A DNA stretch of 64,000 nucleotides from an uncultured Bacilli bacterium (GTDB taxonomy: Bacteria; Bacillota_I; Bacilli_A; RF39; UBA660). The stretch spans positions 180,229 through 244,228 of the forward strand of contig CAKOLL010000001.1 in NCBI GenBank assembly GCA_934096295.1, written 5' to 3'. The stretch's first letter is position 1; each line of letters starts with the position of its first letter. This document shows positions 28,712-37,809 of this stretch, in pieces. The notes beneath the pieces are model-generated. The model did not search any database. It saw nothing but the letters and a program-made list of their open reading frames with translations, and had not been told where the DNA came from. A program made the position numbers and the translations under genes.

Positions 28712-29004
28712 AACTTTATTCCTTCTTTAATATGTTCAAGCCCATATTCAATTATCACTTTAATATGATTATCTGCAATACTATAATAAATTATTTGTCC
28801 TTCTTTTCTTGTTTTAACTAAGTTTGTACTTCTTAAATAACTTAGTTGATGTGACACTGCTGAATTACTCACATTTATTTTATTTGCTATAACACCAACG
28901 GATGTTTCTTCATTTAATAATACTTCAAGTATTCTAAGTCTTGTGGTATCACTAAATACTTTAAAAAATTCACTTAGTTCATTTATTATTTCTACTTTTT
29001 CCAT
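28708..29004 (-). CDS. cadC: ArsR/SmtB family metalloregulator (CadC-like)
   Basis: 98 aa with winged-HTH TTRLRILEVLLNEETSVGVIANKINVSNSAVSHQLSYLR. Translationally coupled to the ATPase. Confidence 0.8.
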   Translation of the reverse strand: MEKVEIINELSEFFKVFSDTTRLRILEVLLNEETSVGVIANKINVSNSAVSHQLSYLRSTNLVKTRKEGQIIYYSIADNHIKVIIEYGLEHIKEGIKL

Positions 29005-29014
29005 TTTATCTCCT

Positions 29015-29040
29015 TATTTGAATATCTGTTCATATATTCA
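29015..29040. promoter_or_regulatory. Candidate CadC/ArsR operator (imperfect inverted repeat)
   Basis: TGAATAT-ctgttcat-ATATTCA immediately upstream of the cadC RBS. Confidence 0.4.
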
Positions 29041-29109
29041 TTATACTATTATTAAATTATGAATGCAATTAAAAAAAATCTCATGTCAATGAAATCTTTA
29101 CTTTTTTAA

Positions 29110-29370
29110 TTAACCTGGATATGATAAGTGATTTTTATCAAACCACAATAAATTGAGATTATCACTTTCTCTCCACCCAATTATCCTAAATTTTTGATTA
29201 GCTCTAAATGATACTAAAGTTGCATCTTTAGGAAATATATCTGGAATCGAAACATTAAAGTATCTAGGAGTTTCATAGTTCAATCCTTGATCTATTTTAA
29301 TATCCTTCCATGACATTATTTCTATTTTTTTACAAAAGTTTATAAATGCCTTTAATTCTTTTGGCCCCAA
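29110..29370 (-). CDS. Small hypothetical ORF (86 aa, TTG start, no RBS). Possible toxin partner of the Panacea protein, or a gene remnant.
   Basis: ORF opens with TTG right after an in-frame TGA. C-terminal ...RIIGWRESDNLNLLWFDKNH is loosely RelE/HigB-like. The call is weak. Confidence 0.25.
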   Translation of the reverse strand: MGPKELKAFINFCKKIEIMSWKDIKIDQGLNYETPRYFNVSIPDIFPKDATLVSFRANQKFRIIGWRESDNLNLLWFDKNHLSYPG

Positions 29371-29477
29371 TTTTTCAAGGGGAAATTTATCATGACAATA
29401 TGCAAATTTGATTTTGCATATTTCATCATCTCTAGTTTTAGATAAATTTAAATTTTTAGTTTTTGAATTTACTTTTT

Positions 29478-29942
29478 TTAATTTTCATAATCAATTTTTG
29501 TCTTAAAGAATAATCTCATACTTTCTTTGGAAATAATATTATTGCATGGTTCTCCGTCTTTATGATTACCTCTGGCATCTATCCACGGTTTTTCCATATG
29601 CGTCAAATATTCTAAATATTTTCCGTCATAAATGCCATATGTATTCCAAACGTCATACAAAAAATTGACTAGTTTTTTATCTAAAACTGGTACTTTTCCT
29701 TTAGGCCTATCTATTGCTTGAAAGCCATATTCCTTATATTCAAAATAAATACCTACGTTTGCTGGTCCATGTGCCCATGCTTCAAAATCTTCACTAAAAA
29801 GTTCTTTATCATACATCGCTAAATGATACCCTTGTGCATAATATAATATCTTTTGCAATTTTAATGGTGTAATTGTACTTCCTGCATCTCTATCTACAAT
29901 TTGCAAGAAAAAGTTTGCTATGTCAAATATAGTTAACTTCAT
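29478..29942 (-). CDS. Panacea domain (DUF4065) antitoxin-like, SocA-like phage-associated protein
   Basis: 154 aa. MKLTIFDIANFFL...ITPLKLQKILYYAQGYHLAMYDKELFSEDFEAWAHGP matches the Panacea/DUF4065 signature. Confidence 0.75.
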   Translation of the reverse strand: MKLTIFDIANFFLQIVDRDAGSTITPLKLQKILYYAQGYHLAMYDKELFSEDFEAWAHGPANVGIYFEYKEYGFQAIDRPKGKVPVLDKKLVNFLYDVWNTYGIYDGKYLEYLTHMEKPWIDARGNHKDGEPCNNIISKESMRLFFKTKIDYEN

Positions 29943-30065
29943 AATTCCTCCTTATATTTGAGAGAGTATTTTAATTAAATTCCACCCATTATGTAAATCA
30001 CTAAAGACATTTTATCTCTCAGTATTAATTCTACTACATATTTTATGATTGTCAAGCATTGTTGC

Positions 30066-30102
30066 TAAAAAAGCAAATGAAATTTCAGACATGAAATTTC
30101 AT
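30066..30102 (-). terminator. Terminator overlapping the stop codon of the DUF4097 gene
   Basis: ATGAAATTTC-agacat-GAAATTTCAT hairpin with a downstream T6 on the minus strand. Confidence 0.55.
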
Positions 30103-30881
30103 TTATTTGTATTAATATTTATGCTTCCTACGCCACCGTCTATATCAATTATATTTTGTCCTTCCCCTAATTCGATGTCATTTTTGTAGCTAATACCATT
30201 AATGGAGATACTGCCTAGACCTTTGGATGCTTCAAATTTATAATCATCATTTTGCAAATCTAATGTTACCTCTCCGACCCCTTGATCTATTTTATTTTTA
30301 CCTAAAAGCATTCCATTAAAATAGAATTTACCAGTTCCTAAATCTAGAGATAAATCTTGTAATTTGGAATTTGTAATATTTAGTTCTCCGGCTCCTCCAT
30401 TAACTTTTGTTTTATTGGATAGCAAATTTGTAATATCAACTTTACCAGCACCTTGATCTAAAGAAAATTTATCAGTTGTTATATCAGAAATTTCAAGTTT
30501 GCCAGCACCAATATTAATATTTAAATCATCTAATGTATCTGGTATAGTAATTATGGTATGAGAACTTTTTTTATTTCCGAATATTGTTATCTTTTTTTCT
30601 TTTATTAATAAAGTATTTCCATCTTCTTTTATTTTAAATTCTTTACTAACATTATCAGCATTAATACTTAATATATCTCCTTTTTTAATTATCATATTAG
30701 TTGAACCAACATCTATATTTATATTTTTTATATTACTTGAGTAGGTTTTGCTAACATTAACATCATTATTAAAATTAATTGTTGATGTCGCTAAAAATAC
30801 GATTCCATTAATAATACTTAGTATTATTAAAACTGCAAGACAGATAGCAAATCCTTTTATTACTTTTTGCGTGGTATTCAT
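30099..30881 (-). CDS. DUF4097 'toastrack' beta-repeat protein (YvlB-like putative adhesin / stress-response partner)
   Basis: 260 aa with N-terminal TM. Repeated G-A-G-K/E-[LV]-[DN]-I beta-strand units (GAGKLEISD, GAGKVDITN, GAGELNITN, GVGEVTLD, GVGSININ). Confidence 0.6.
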   Translation of the reverse strand: MNTTQKVIKGFAICLAVLIILSIINGIVFLATSTINFNNDVNVSKTYSSNIKNINIDVGSTNMIIKKGDILSINADNVSKEFKIKEDGNTLLIKEKKITIFGNKKSSHTIITIPDTLDDLNINIGAGKLEISDITTDKFSLDQGAGKVDITNLLSNKTKVNGGAGELNITNSKLQDLSLDLGTGKFYFNGMLLGKNKIDQGVGEVTLDLQNDDYKFEASKGLGSISINGISYKNDIELGEGQNIIDIDGGVGSININTNK

Positions 30882-31555
30882 TTAATTTCAATTCCTCCGA
30901 ATACGGCATATCCTTCGATATAAATTGTCTTTTTAGCATCTTCATTATTTTTTCTTTCGTTAGAAATTCCACCGAATATTGGAGTACCTTTTACTTTAAC
31001 TATGCAATCTTTTGGAACTAATATTTCTATACCACCAAATATCGCCCATGCTCCGATGACTGTTTCTTTTTCTAATTTTGCTTCTCTTAAGTCTAGTTTT
31101 ACAGCCCCAAAAATAGCATTTAAATTTGCTTTTTCAAATTTTTCTCCAGATTTAGTTACATTTTGTTCTCCGAATGCTGCAAAAATATTTTCAGTGTCTT
31201 CACTATCTAAACATTTTGTTTTTTCTTTAACATTAAAATCTACCTTATTACCAAATATTAAAGATAACCCAATTAATACGACGATTGCTGGTAATAAAAT
31301 TTCCCAAAGAATTTCAAATTCAAATAACCCTTGAGCTGCTAAAAGGAGTAAAACCCCAATAATTAAAAATATTAAAGAAGATACTTTATTGCTACCTTTT
31401 TCAAAAAATGATATAGCACTTGGCACAATAATAAATAGTGTCCACCATCCATCAAAAAAAATATTTATGTCTGCTACTCCAGTTCTATTAAGTCCCCAGA
31501 TAACACCAACAAATATTAATACTATGCCCCATAATACTCTGCTTAAATTTTTCAT
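30878..31555 (-). CDS. LiaF-like membrane protein (DUF2154, cell-wall-stress toastrack domain)
   Basis: 225 aa. Multi-TM N-terminus plus C-terminal repeated FGG/FGA strands (AAFGEQN, AIFGAVKLD, AIFGGIEILV, TPIFGGIS, AVFGGIEIK). Overlaps the DUF4097 gene by 4 nt. Confidence 0.6.
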   Translation of the reverse strand: MKNLSRVLWGIVLIFVGVIWGLNRTGVADINIFFDGWWTLFIIVPSAISFFEKGSNKVSSLIFLIIGVLLLLAAQGLFEFEILWEILLPAIVVLIGLSLIFGNKVDFNVKEKTKCLDSEDTENIFAAFGEQNVTKSGEKFEKANLNAIFGAVKLDLREAKLEKETVIGAWAIFGGIEILVPKDCIVKVKGTPIFGGISNERKNNEDAKKTIYIEGYAVFGGIEIK

Positions 31556-31607
31556 ATAATCAATCCTTTCTTTTCTTAAGTATAATACAATTTTTTTATA
31601 ATATCAA

Positions 31608-33791
31608 TTAAATATTTATAGGATTAAAATCTATTTCTATTCTAACTTCTTTATTCATAATAAATAAATTATCTAATTCTTTTAAAACTGTTTTTAAATT
31701 ATCACACTTTTTATATTTTATTATAATTTGCATTCGATATTCATTATTAAATTTAAATACTTGAGCTGTTGTTGGACCTAAAACGATAGCTTCTTCTAGG
31801 CTTTTATCTAAAAATGTTTTTACTTTCTTACTAGCTTCAATTGTTTTATTATAATCTTTACCTATTACTTTTAAACTAACCAAATAGTAATAAGGTGGAT
31901 ATTTCAATTTTTTTCTAAAATTCATTTCATATAAATAAAATTTATCATAACTATTTTCTTTAATGCAATTTATTACATAATTATCAGGATTAAATGTTTG
32001 AATGATTACTTCTCCGGGATATGTACTTCTTCCACTTCGCCCAGCAACTTGATGAAGTAAGGCAAATGTATTTTCACTAGCTTTAAAATTAGGAATATTT
32101 AAAGTGGTATCAGCATTTATTACTCCGACTAAAGTAACTTTTGGAAAGTCTAGTCCTTTACTAATCATTTGAGTTCCAAGTAATATATTATATTTTTCAT
32201 TTTTAAAATCATCGATTATTTTTTCATGTGCACCTTTTCTTCTCGTAGTATCTTGATCCATTCTAACTATTTTAGCTTCTGGTAATAATTCTTTTAACTT
32301 TTCTTCTAATTTTTCAGTTCCGAGGCCATAATAATTCAAAGATTTTTCTTTACACTCTGGACATAATTCTTCACATCTTTGTTGAAAACCACAATAATGA
32401 CATATCAAATTATTTGTTGATTTATGATAAGTTAAGGTTATGTCACAACTTGGACATTTATATGTAAATCCACAATTACTACATGTTATAAAAGTTGAAA
32501 AGCCTCGACGATTTAAAAGTAAAATAACTTGTTCATTTTTAGCAATTTTCTCTTTTATTTTACTAATTAAAAGATCACTAAATATCATGTTTCTTTTTTT
32601 CATTTCTGGTTCCATATCCACCACAGTTATTGTTGGAAGAATAGCTGTTCCTACTCTATTTTTTAAAGTTAGTAATGTAAAGACTCCTTTATCAGCTCTC
32701 GCTTTACTTTCTAAAGATGGTGTTGCACTAGCTAAAACAACGGGAATATTATTATACTTTCCCCGATGCATTGCGATATCTTTAGCATTATATCTAGGAT
32801 TATTATCTTGCTTGTAACTACTGGAATCTTCTTCATCAATTATAATTATACCTAGATTTTTAACCGGAGCAAAAATTGCACTACGAGTACCTACCACAAC
32901 ATGAACCTCACCGCGATAAATTTTTAAATATTCATCATACTTTTCTCCTTCAGATAATGAACTATGTAAAATTGCTACATCACTACCAAAAGTCTCATAA
33001 AATCTCTTAGCAATTTGATGCGTTAAGCTTATTTCGGGAACCAATACTATGCCAGTTTTTCCTTCTTTTATGATACTTTCTATTAATTTTATATATACCT
33101 CAGTTTTTCCTGATCCAGTTATTCCATATAATAAGAATGGTTCAAAGTGATTAAATGATGATTTTACTTTTTCATATACTATCTCTTGATCACTAGTTAA
33201 CGTTTTATTTATATTACTTGTATTTTTATTAATACGATATTTTTGAACCTTTTTTATATCTATTAATTCAAGCTCTATTAAAGTTTTAATGATACTTGAA
33301 CTATAATTTTTCTTTAGTAATTCATTATTATCTAAAACTTGTTTTAAAACTTTTACTTGGGCTTTTCTTTTATTTTCATAGATATTAATATAATCTATTA
33401 CTTTTTTTCTATCTTTTATAATTATATATTCATCATATAAATCATAATTTGATGTATTCTTTTTTACTTTTAGACTTGATGGAAGCATTGTTTGATATGC
33501 AGTTATCATCGTACATAAAGTAGATTCTGATAAATATTTTCCAAGTTCCATTAATTCTTTATTTAAAACTAACTTTTCATCTACGATACTTGAAATATAC
33601 TTAAGTTCGTAAGATGTATCATCACATATATCTATTATTTCCATAATAAAACCTACCACTTGTTGAAATCCAAAAGGTACTAAAACTTTCATTCCGACTT
33701 GAATTTTATCTTGTAAATATTCCGGTATCATATATATAAATTCTTTATCTAATTTTTTTATACTATATTCAATTATTACTTTTGCGTACAT
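31608..33791 (-). CDS. priA: Primosomal protein N' (replication restart helicase PriA)
   Basis: 727 aa. Walker A GITGSGKTEVY, DExx, Cys-rich zinc-binding insert (CSNCGFTYKCPSCD...CHYCGF...CPECK), C-terminal domain. Confidence 0.9.
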   Translation of the reverse strand: MYAKVIIEYSIKKLDKEFIYMIPEYLQDKIQVGMKVLVPFGFQQVVGFIMEIIDICDDTSYELKYISSIVDEKLVLNKELMELGKYLSESTLCTMITAYQTMLPSSLKVKKNTSNYDLYDEYIIIKDRKKVIDYINIYENKRKAQVKVLKQVLDNNELLKKNYSSSIIKTLIELELIDIKKVQKYRINKNTSNINKTLTSDQEIVYEKVKSSFNHFEPFLLYGITGSGKTEVYIKLIESIIKEGKTGIVLVPEISLTHQIAKRFYETFGSDVAILHSSLSEGEKYDEYLKIYRGEVHVVVGTRSAIFAPVKNLGIIIIDEEDSSSYKQDNNPRYNAKDIAMHRGKYNNIPVVLASATPSLESKARADKGVFTLLTLKNRVGTAILPTITVVDMEPEMKKRNMIFSDLLISKIKEKIAKNEQVILLLNRRGFSTFITCSNCGFTYKCPSCDITLTYHKSTNNLICHYCGFQQRCEELCPECKEKSLNYYGLGTEKLEEKLKELLPEAKIVRMDQDTTRRKGAHEKIIDDFKNEKYNILLGTQMISKGLDFPKVTLVGVINADTTLNIPNFKASENTFALLHQVAGRSGRSTYPGEVIIQTFNPDNYVINCIKENSYDKFYLYEMNFRKKLKYPPYYYLVSLKVIGKDYNKTIEASKKVKTFLDKSLEEAIVLGPTTAQVFKFNNEYRMQIIIKYKKCDNLKTVLKELDNLFIMNKEVRIEIDFNPINI

Positions 33792-33821
33792 CTAAGCCTC
33801 CGTATAAAATTCATTTTAACA

Positions 33822-33850
33822 CGAGCAACATAAAAACTCAATAAATTTTA
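33822..33850 (-). terminator. Terminator after rpe
   Basis: ACTCAATAAA-att-TTATTGAGT hairpin plus a T-run on the minus strand. Confidence 0.5.
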
Positions 33851-33856
33851 TTGAGT

Positions 33857-34486
33857 CTATTGTTTTTTTAAACTATTTATTCTACTTTCAAAATCTTTAC
33901 TCATGCATATATATGAGCCTGATATTACGCCATCAGCATTTATAACATCTTTAATAGTTTCATTATTTATACCACCATCAATATATATTTCAAAACCATT
34001 TTCTTTTTTGTATTTTATTAATTCTTGCAATCTGTCTTTAGTGCTATCTAAAAATTTTTGACCACCTTTACCTGGTACTACACTCATTAAAAGAACTCTA
34101 TCTATATAAGGAAAATAATGACTAAATGATTATATTTCTTCATTTGGATTAATAACTAATCCTCTTTTAATTCCATAATTATTAAGTTCATTTAATAGCC
34201 CAAATGCACTTGGTTCAGTGGATGGATGAATGTAGATACAACTAGGTTTTAGTTTTAATAAATCATTTAAATAACCACTTGGTTTACTCACCATCATATG
34301 AATTTCTAAAGGTTTAATATTTTCTTTAAAAAGTATTGGTAAATGATTAATATCAAAATTTTTTGTTCCAGCATATATACCATCCATTAAATCTACATGT
34401 ATAGCATCTGCGCTGGTTTCATTTATTAAATCAATAGTTTTCTTTTGATCATATAAACTATTTATATAACTTACGGTTATTTTCAT
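33857..34486 (-). pseudogene. rpe: Ribulose-phosphate 3-epimerase interrupted by a single in-frame TAA
   Basis: ORF 34130..34486 is Rpe residues 1-118 (AIHVDLMDG..., GLVINPNEEI). ORF 33857..34087 is the Rpe C-terminus (LLMSVVPGKGGQ...YIDGGINNETI...). Both lie in the same frame, separated only by TAA at 34130-34132 (...NPNEEI*SFSHYFPYIDRVLLMSVVPG). Alignment places the stop at a variable position, with no residues missing. Confidence 0.7.
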
Positions 34487-35312
34487 GGCACTCCTTTATA
34501 AATCTAGTATAATTAATATACCTTGAAGGAAGAATTATTCCTTTAGACATTGCTTCGATTACTTTGCAACCTCTTTCTTTTATGTGCATGCAATCTTTAA
34601 AATCACACTCATATTTTTGAAATTCTAAAAACGTTTCTTTTAACTTATCTTTATCAATATTATTTAAGTCTAGCGCTGAAAATCCTGGAGTGTCCACAAA
34701 AAATATTTTACCTATTTTGTATATTTCTGTATGTCTTGTTGTATGAACTCCACGATTTAAAGCCTCACTAATTGGCTTTGTTTCAAGATTTAATCTTTTA
34801 TCTAATTTATTTAATAAACTTGATTTACCTGCCCCAGTTTGACCTGTTAAAACTACAAGTTTATTTTTTAAGATACTTTTTATTTTTCCTAAATGTTTAT
34901 TATCCACAACTTTAATTCCTATACTTTTATAATATTTTATTAGTGGTTTTAAGTTTTTAAACTCATCTTTTGATAACAGATCTAGTTTTGTTAAACAAAT
35001 AACGGGTTCAATGTTATTAGCAAGAATTACACTTAGTTCTTTATCAAGTAGGCTTAATGATAAATCTGGCTTTTTAACACTTGTTACAATTAAAGCCATA
35101 TCAACATTAGCTACAACTGGTCTTTCAAGTTCATTTACTCTAGGTAATATTTCTTCGATTGTTAAAGTAGATTCATCAATTCTTACTATATCACCCACCA
35201 AAGGGGAAAGTCCTAAATTTCTAAACTTTCCCCTAGCACTACAAATATAATCAACCCCATTTACTGTAACTTTATATTGATTACTTATTTGTTTTGTGAT
35301 TCTACCTTCCAT
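34458..35312 (-). CDS. rsgA: Ribosome small-subunit-dependent GTPase A (circularly permuted GTPase, YloQ/CpgA)
   Basis: 284 aa. G4-G1 order (TKLD...GQTGAGKSSLLNKL). C-terminal Zn cluster CDFKDCMHIKERGC. Confidence 0.85.
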   Translation of the reverse strand: MEGRITKQISNQYKVTVNGVDYICSARGKFRNLGLSPLVGDIVRIDESTLTIEEILPRVNELERPVVANVDMALIVTSVKKPDLSLSLLDKELSVILANNIEPVICLTKLDLLSKDEFKNLKPLIKYYKSIGIKVVDNKHLGKIKSILKNKLVVLTGQTGAGKSSLLNKLDKRLNLETKPISEALNRGVHTTRHTEIYKIGKIFFVDTPGFSALDLNNIDKDKLKETFLEFQKYECDFKDCMHIKERGCKVIEAMSKGIILPSRYINYTRFIKECHENNRKLYK

Positions 35313-37057
35313 TAGTTTAATTCTCCATTATCATCTGGTTCTTCTTCAGTTGGAGCCACAGCTATATTAATTGTTAATTTTGCTCCGCTTACCACTGTTG
35401 TTCCTGCTGCTCTACTTTGATAAAATATTGATCCAGCTGGATGTTCTGTAGTTGCTACTTCTTTCTTAGTTAAAATTACACCATATTCACTACAGAAATT
35501 TTCTACTTCTTCAACACTGTAATTTTCATTTACAAAATCTGGATATTTATTGTCTAGTTTGGGAACATAAAGTGTAATTGAATCTCCTTCACTTATTTTT
35601 GTTCCAGCTTCAATAGATTGATCTATTATAATATTTTCTTTATAAGTTTCTCCATCTGTTAAATCTACTTCTTTTTTATCAATTATTACTTGAACTTTTA
35701 ACGCTTCAAGTTTTCCCTTTATTTCTGATGCATTTTTACCTTTATAATCTTCGATAGTTATTTTTACATCTCCGAGTGAACGATAAATTATTACCTCAGT
35801 TCCAGCTTTTCTAATACTTCCAATTGCTGGTGATGTTCTAGAAACTTTTCCTTCATCTATAAGTTCATTGGCTTCTTCTCTTTGTTCATCGGATACTATA
35901 AACCCAGCATCTTGTAGTGCTTTTATGGCATCAGTTATTGAATAACCTGATACATCTGGAATAGCGGTTTGTTTTGATGATGTAATTTTAGGAATTAAAA
36001 CAAATATAGTTGTAATTATTACTACAAGTCCAACAAAAACGCTTGCTAAGGTTATTAGTAACTTATTATCTGATGTTGTTTCAGTATTTTTTGTTTTCTT
36101 TGCCACTTCTTTATCACCACTCTTTTCATTTTTATTTACTTTTGTCTTTTGTTCTTTAACTGTTTTTATTAGTTTTGTATCATCATAATCATTTTCAGGA
36201 TACTTAAATGTAATCTTTAATTCATTTGCTCTGGATTCATCAAGACATGTTTTTAAATCTTCATGCATTTCTCTGGCATCACTATATCTATTTTTAGGAT
36301 TTTTTGCTGTAGCCCTTAGTATTATGTTTTCAACACTTTGGGGAATATCTGGTAGCTCATCTCTAATACTTGGCATTGGTTCTTTTAAATGTTTTAAAGC
36401 TATTTCTACGGCATTGTCTCCGCGGAATGGGAGTTTACCTGTTAGAAGCTCATACATTAAAATACCAATTGAATATATATCACTTTGAAGAGTTGCACCT
36501 TTGCCACTAGCTTGTTCTGGTGGTAAATAATGAACACTTCCCATGACGGAATTTGTTTGAGTAAGCTGAGTTGCATTCATAGCAACAGCTATACCAAAGT
36601 CTGTAATTTTTATAAGTCCATTTTCTAAAATTAGAATATTTTGAGGCTTGATATCACGGTGGATTATATAAGAATCGTGGGCAACACTTAAACCGTTTGT
36701 TATTTGAAGAGCTATATCAATTACCTCTGGTACAGTTAATTTACCACGTTTTTTAAGTAAAGCCTTTAAATGTTTGCCTTCAACATATTCCATCACTATA
36801 TAATATTCACCATTATCTTCACCAACATCATAAACCTCAACAATATTGGGATTGGAGAGACTACTGGCAGATAAGGCTTCTCTTTGGAAACGACGGACAA
36901 ATTTTTCATCATTTGCTAGGTCGCCACGCAAAACTTTTACTGCAACATTTCTATCTAAAATGGTATCATATGCTAAATAAACATTAGCCATACCACCTTC
37001 ACCAATAGATTTTATTATTTGGTATCTATCACTAATTTTTTGCCCCTTCATTATCAT
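35312..37057 (-). CDS. prkC: Ser/Thr protein kinase with extracellular PASTA-type repeats
   Basis: 581 aa. Hanks kinase motifs (IGEGGMANVY, VAVK, HRDIKPQNIL, DFG, PE), TM segment, C-terminal repeated sensor domains. Confidence 0.85.
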   Translation of the reverse strand: MIMKGQKISDRYQIIKSIGEGGMANVYLAYDTILDRNVAVKVLRGDLANDEKFVRRFQREALSASSLSNPNIVEVYDVGEDNGEYYIVMEYVEGKHLKALLKKRGKLTVPEVIDIALQITNGLSVAHDSYIIHRDIKPQNILILENGLIKITDFGIAVAMNATQLTQTNSVMGSVHYLPPEQASGKGATLQSDIYSIGILMYELLTGKLPFRGDNAVEIALKHLKEPMPSIRDELPDIPQSVENIILRATAKNPKNRYSDAREMHEDLKTCLDESRANELKITFKYPENDYDDTKLIKTVKEQKTKVNKNEKSGDKEVAKKTKNTETTSDNKLLITLASVFVGLVVIITTIFVLIPKITSSKQTAIPDVSGYSITDAIKALQDAGFIVSDEQREEANELIDEGKVSRTSPAIGSIRKAGTEVIIYRSLGDVKITIEDYKGKNASEIKGKLEALKVQVIIDKKEVDLTDGETYKENIIIDQSIEAGTKISEGDSITLYVPKLDNKYPDFVNENYSVEEVENFCSEYGVILTKKEVATTEHPAGSIFYQSRAAGTTVVSGAKLTINIAVAPTEEEPDDNGELN

Positions 37058-37809
37058 GCTATTTCACCACTTTCTCTAACTAAATACGCAACAGATATAT
37101 TGTCATTTCCCCCTCTAGCGTTACATTTTTTAATTAATTTTACGACTTTTTCTTCAACTGTTAAGTCATTTTCTAATAATACTTTTTCAATTTGTTCATC
37201 ACTAAGCATTCCCGTTAGGCCATCACTGCATAGAAATACCGCATTAGATTCATTATCAACATCAAAAATATCTGGTTCACATTTTTCAGCTGCCCCCAAA
37301 GCTTTCATTAACACATTTTTCTTTGGATGATTTGCAGCTTGTTCCGGGGTTAAGTCTCCGGCATCAACGAGTAAATTTACTAAAGTATGTGGTTTAGTTA
37401 CTTTGTGTAATTTATTATTCTTAATAACATAACCTGATGAGTCTCCGATATTAGCAAATATCAAAAAGTCTTTAGTAACTATAGCTGCTACTACAGTTGT
37501 TCCTAATCCTTTAGAATTTTCATTTTCTTCACCATAATTTAAAATTTCTTTATTTATTTCATTAATGTTATCGGATAACCAATTTACAGCATCTATCTTT
37601 GTACCAATTGATGCGCTTTCGGTAAATCTTTTTCCTAAATGAGCTACCGTTAAGGCACTGGCAACTTCACCTTTTCGGTGTCCTCCCATACCATCAGCTA
37701 CAACACATAAATATTCACCGCTTATGTTTTTTAAAATTGTCACACTATCTTCATTATGTTCTCTTACTCTTCCAGTATCTGTTAAATAAAATGACTTCAC
37801 TTTAATCAC
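37054..37809 (-). CDS. prpC: PP2C-family Ser/Thr phosphatase
   Basis: 251 aa with VADGMGGHRKGEVAS and DGLTGM motifs. Overlaps prkC as in Bacilli. Confidence 0.85.
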   Translation of the reverse strand: MIKVKSFYLTDTGRVREHNEDSVTILKNISGEYLCVVADGMGGHRKGEVASALTVAHLGKRFTESASIGTKIDAVNWLSDNINEINKEILNYGEENENSKGLGTTVVAAIVTKDFLIFANIGDSSGYVIKNNKLHKVTKPHTLVNLLVDAGDLTPEQAANHPKKNVLMKALGAAEKCEPDIFDVDNESNAVFLCSDGLTGMLSDEQIEKVLLENDLTVEEKVVKLIKKCNARGGNDNISVAYLVRESGEIA

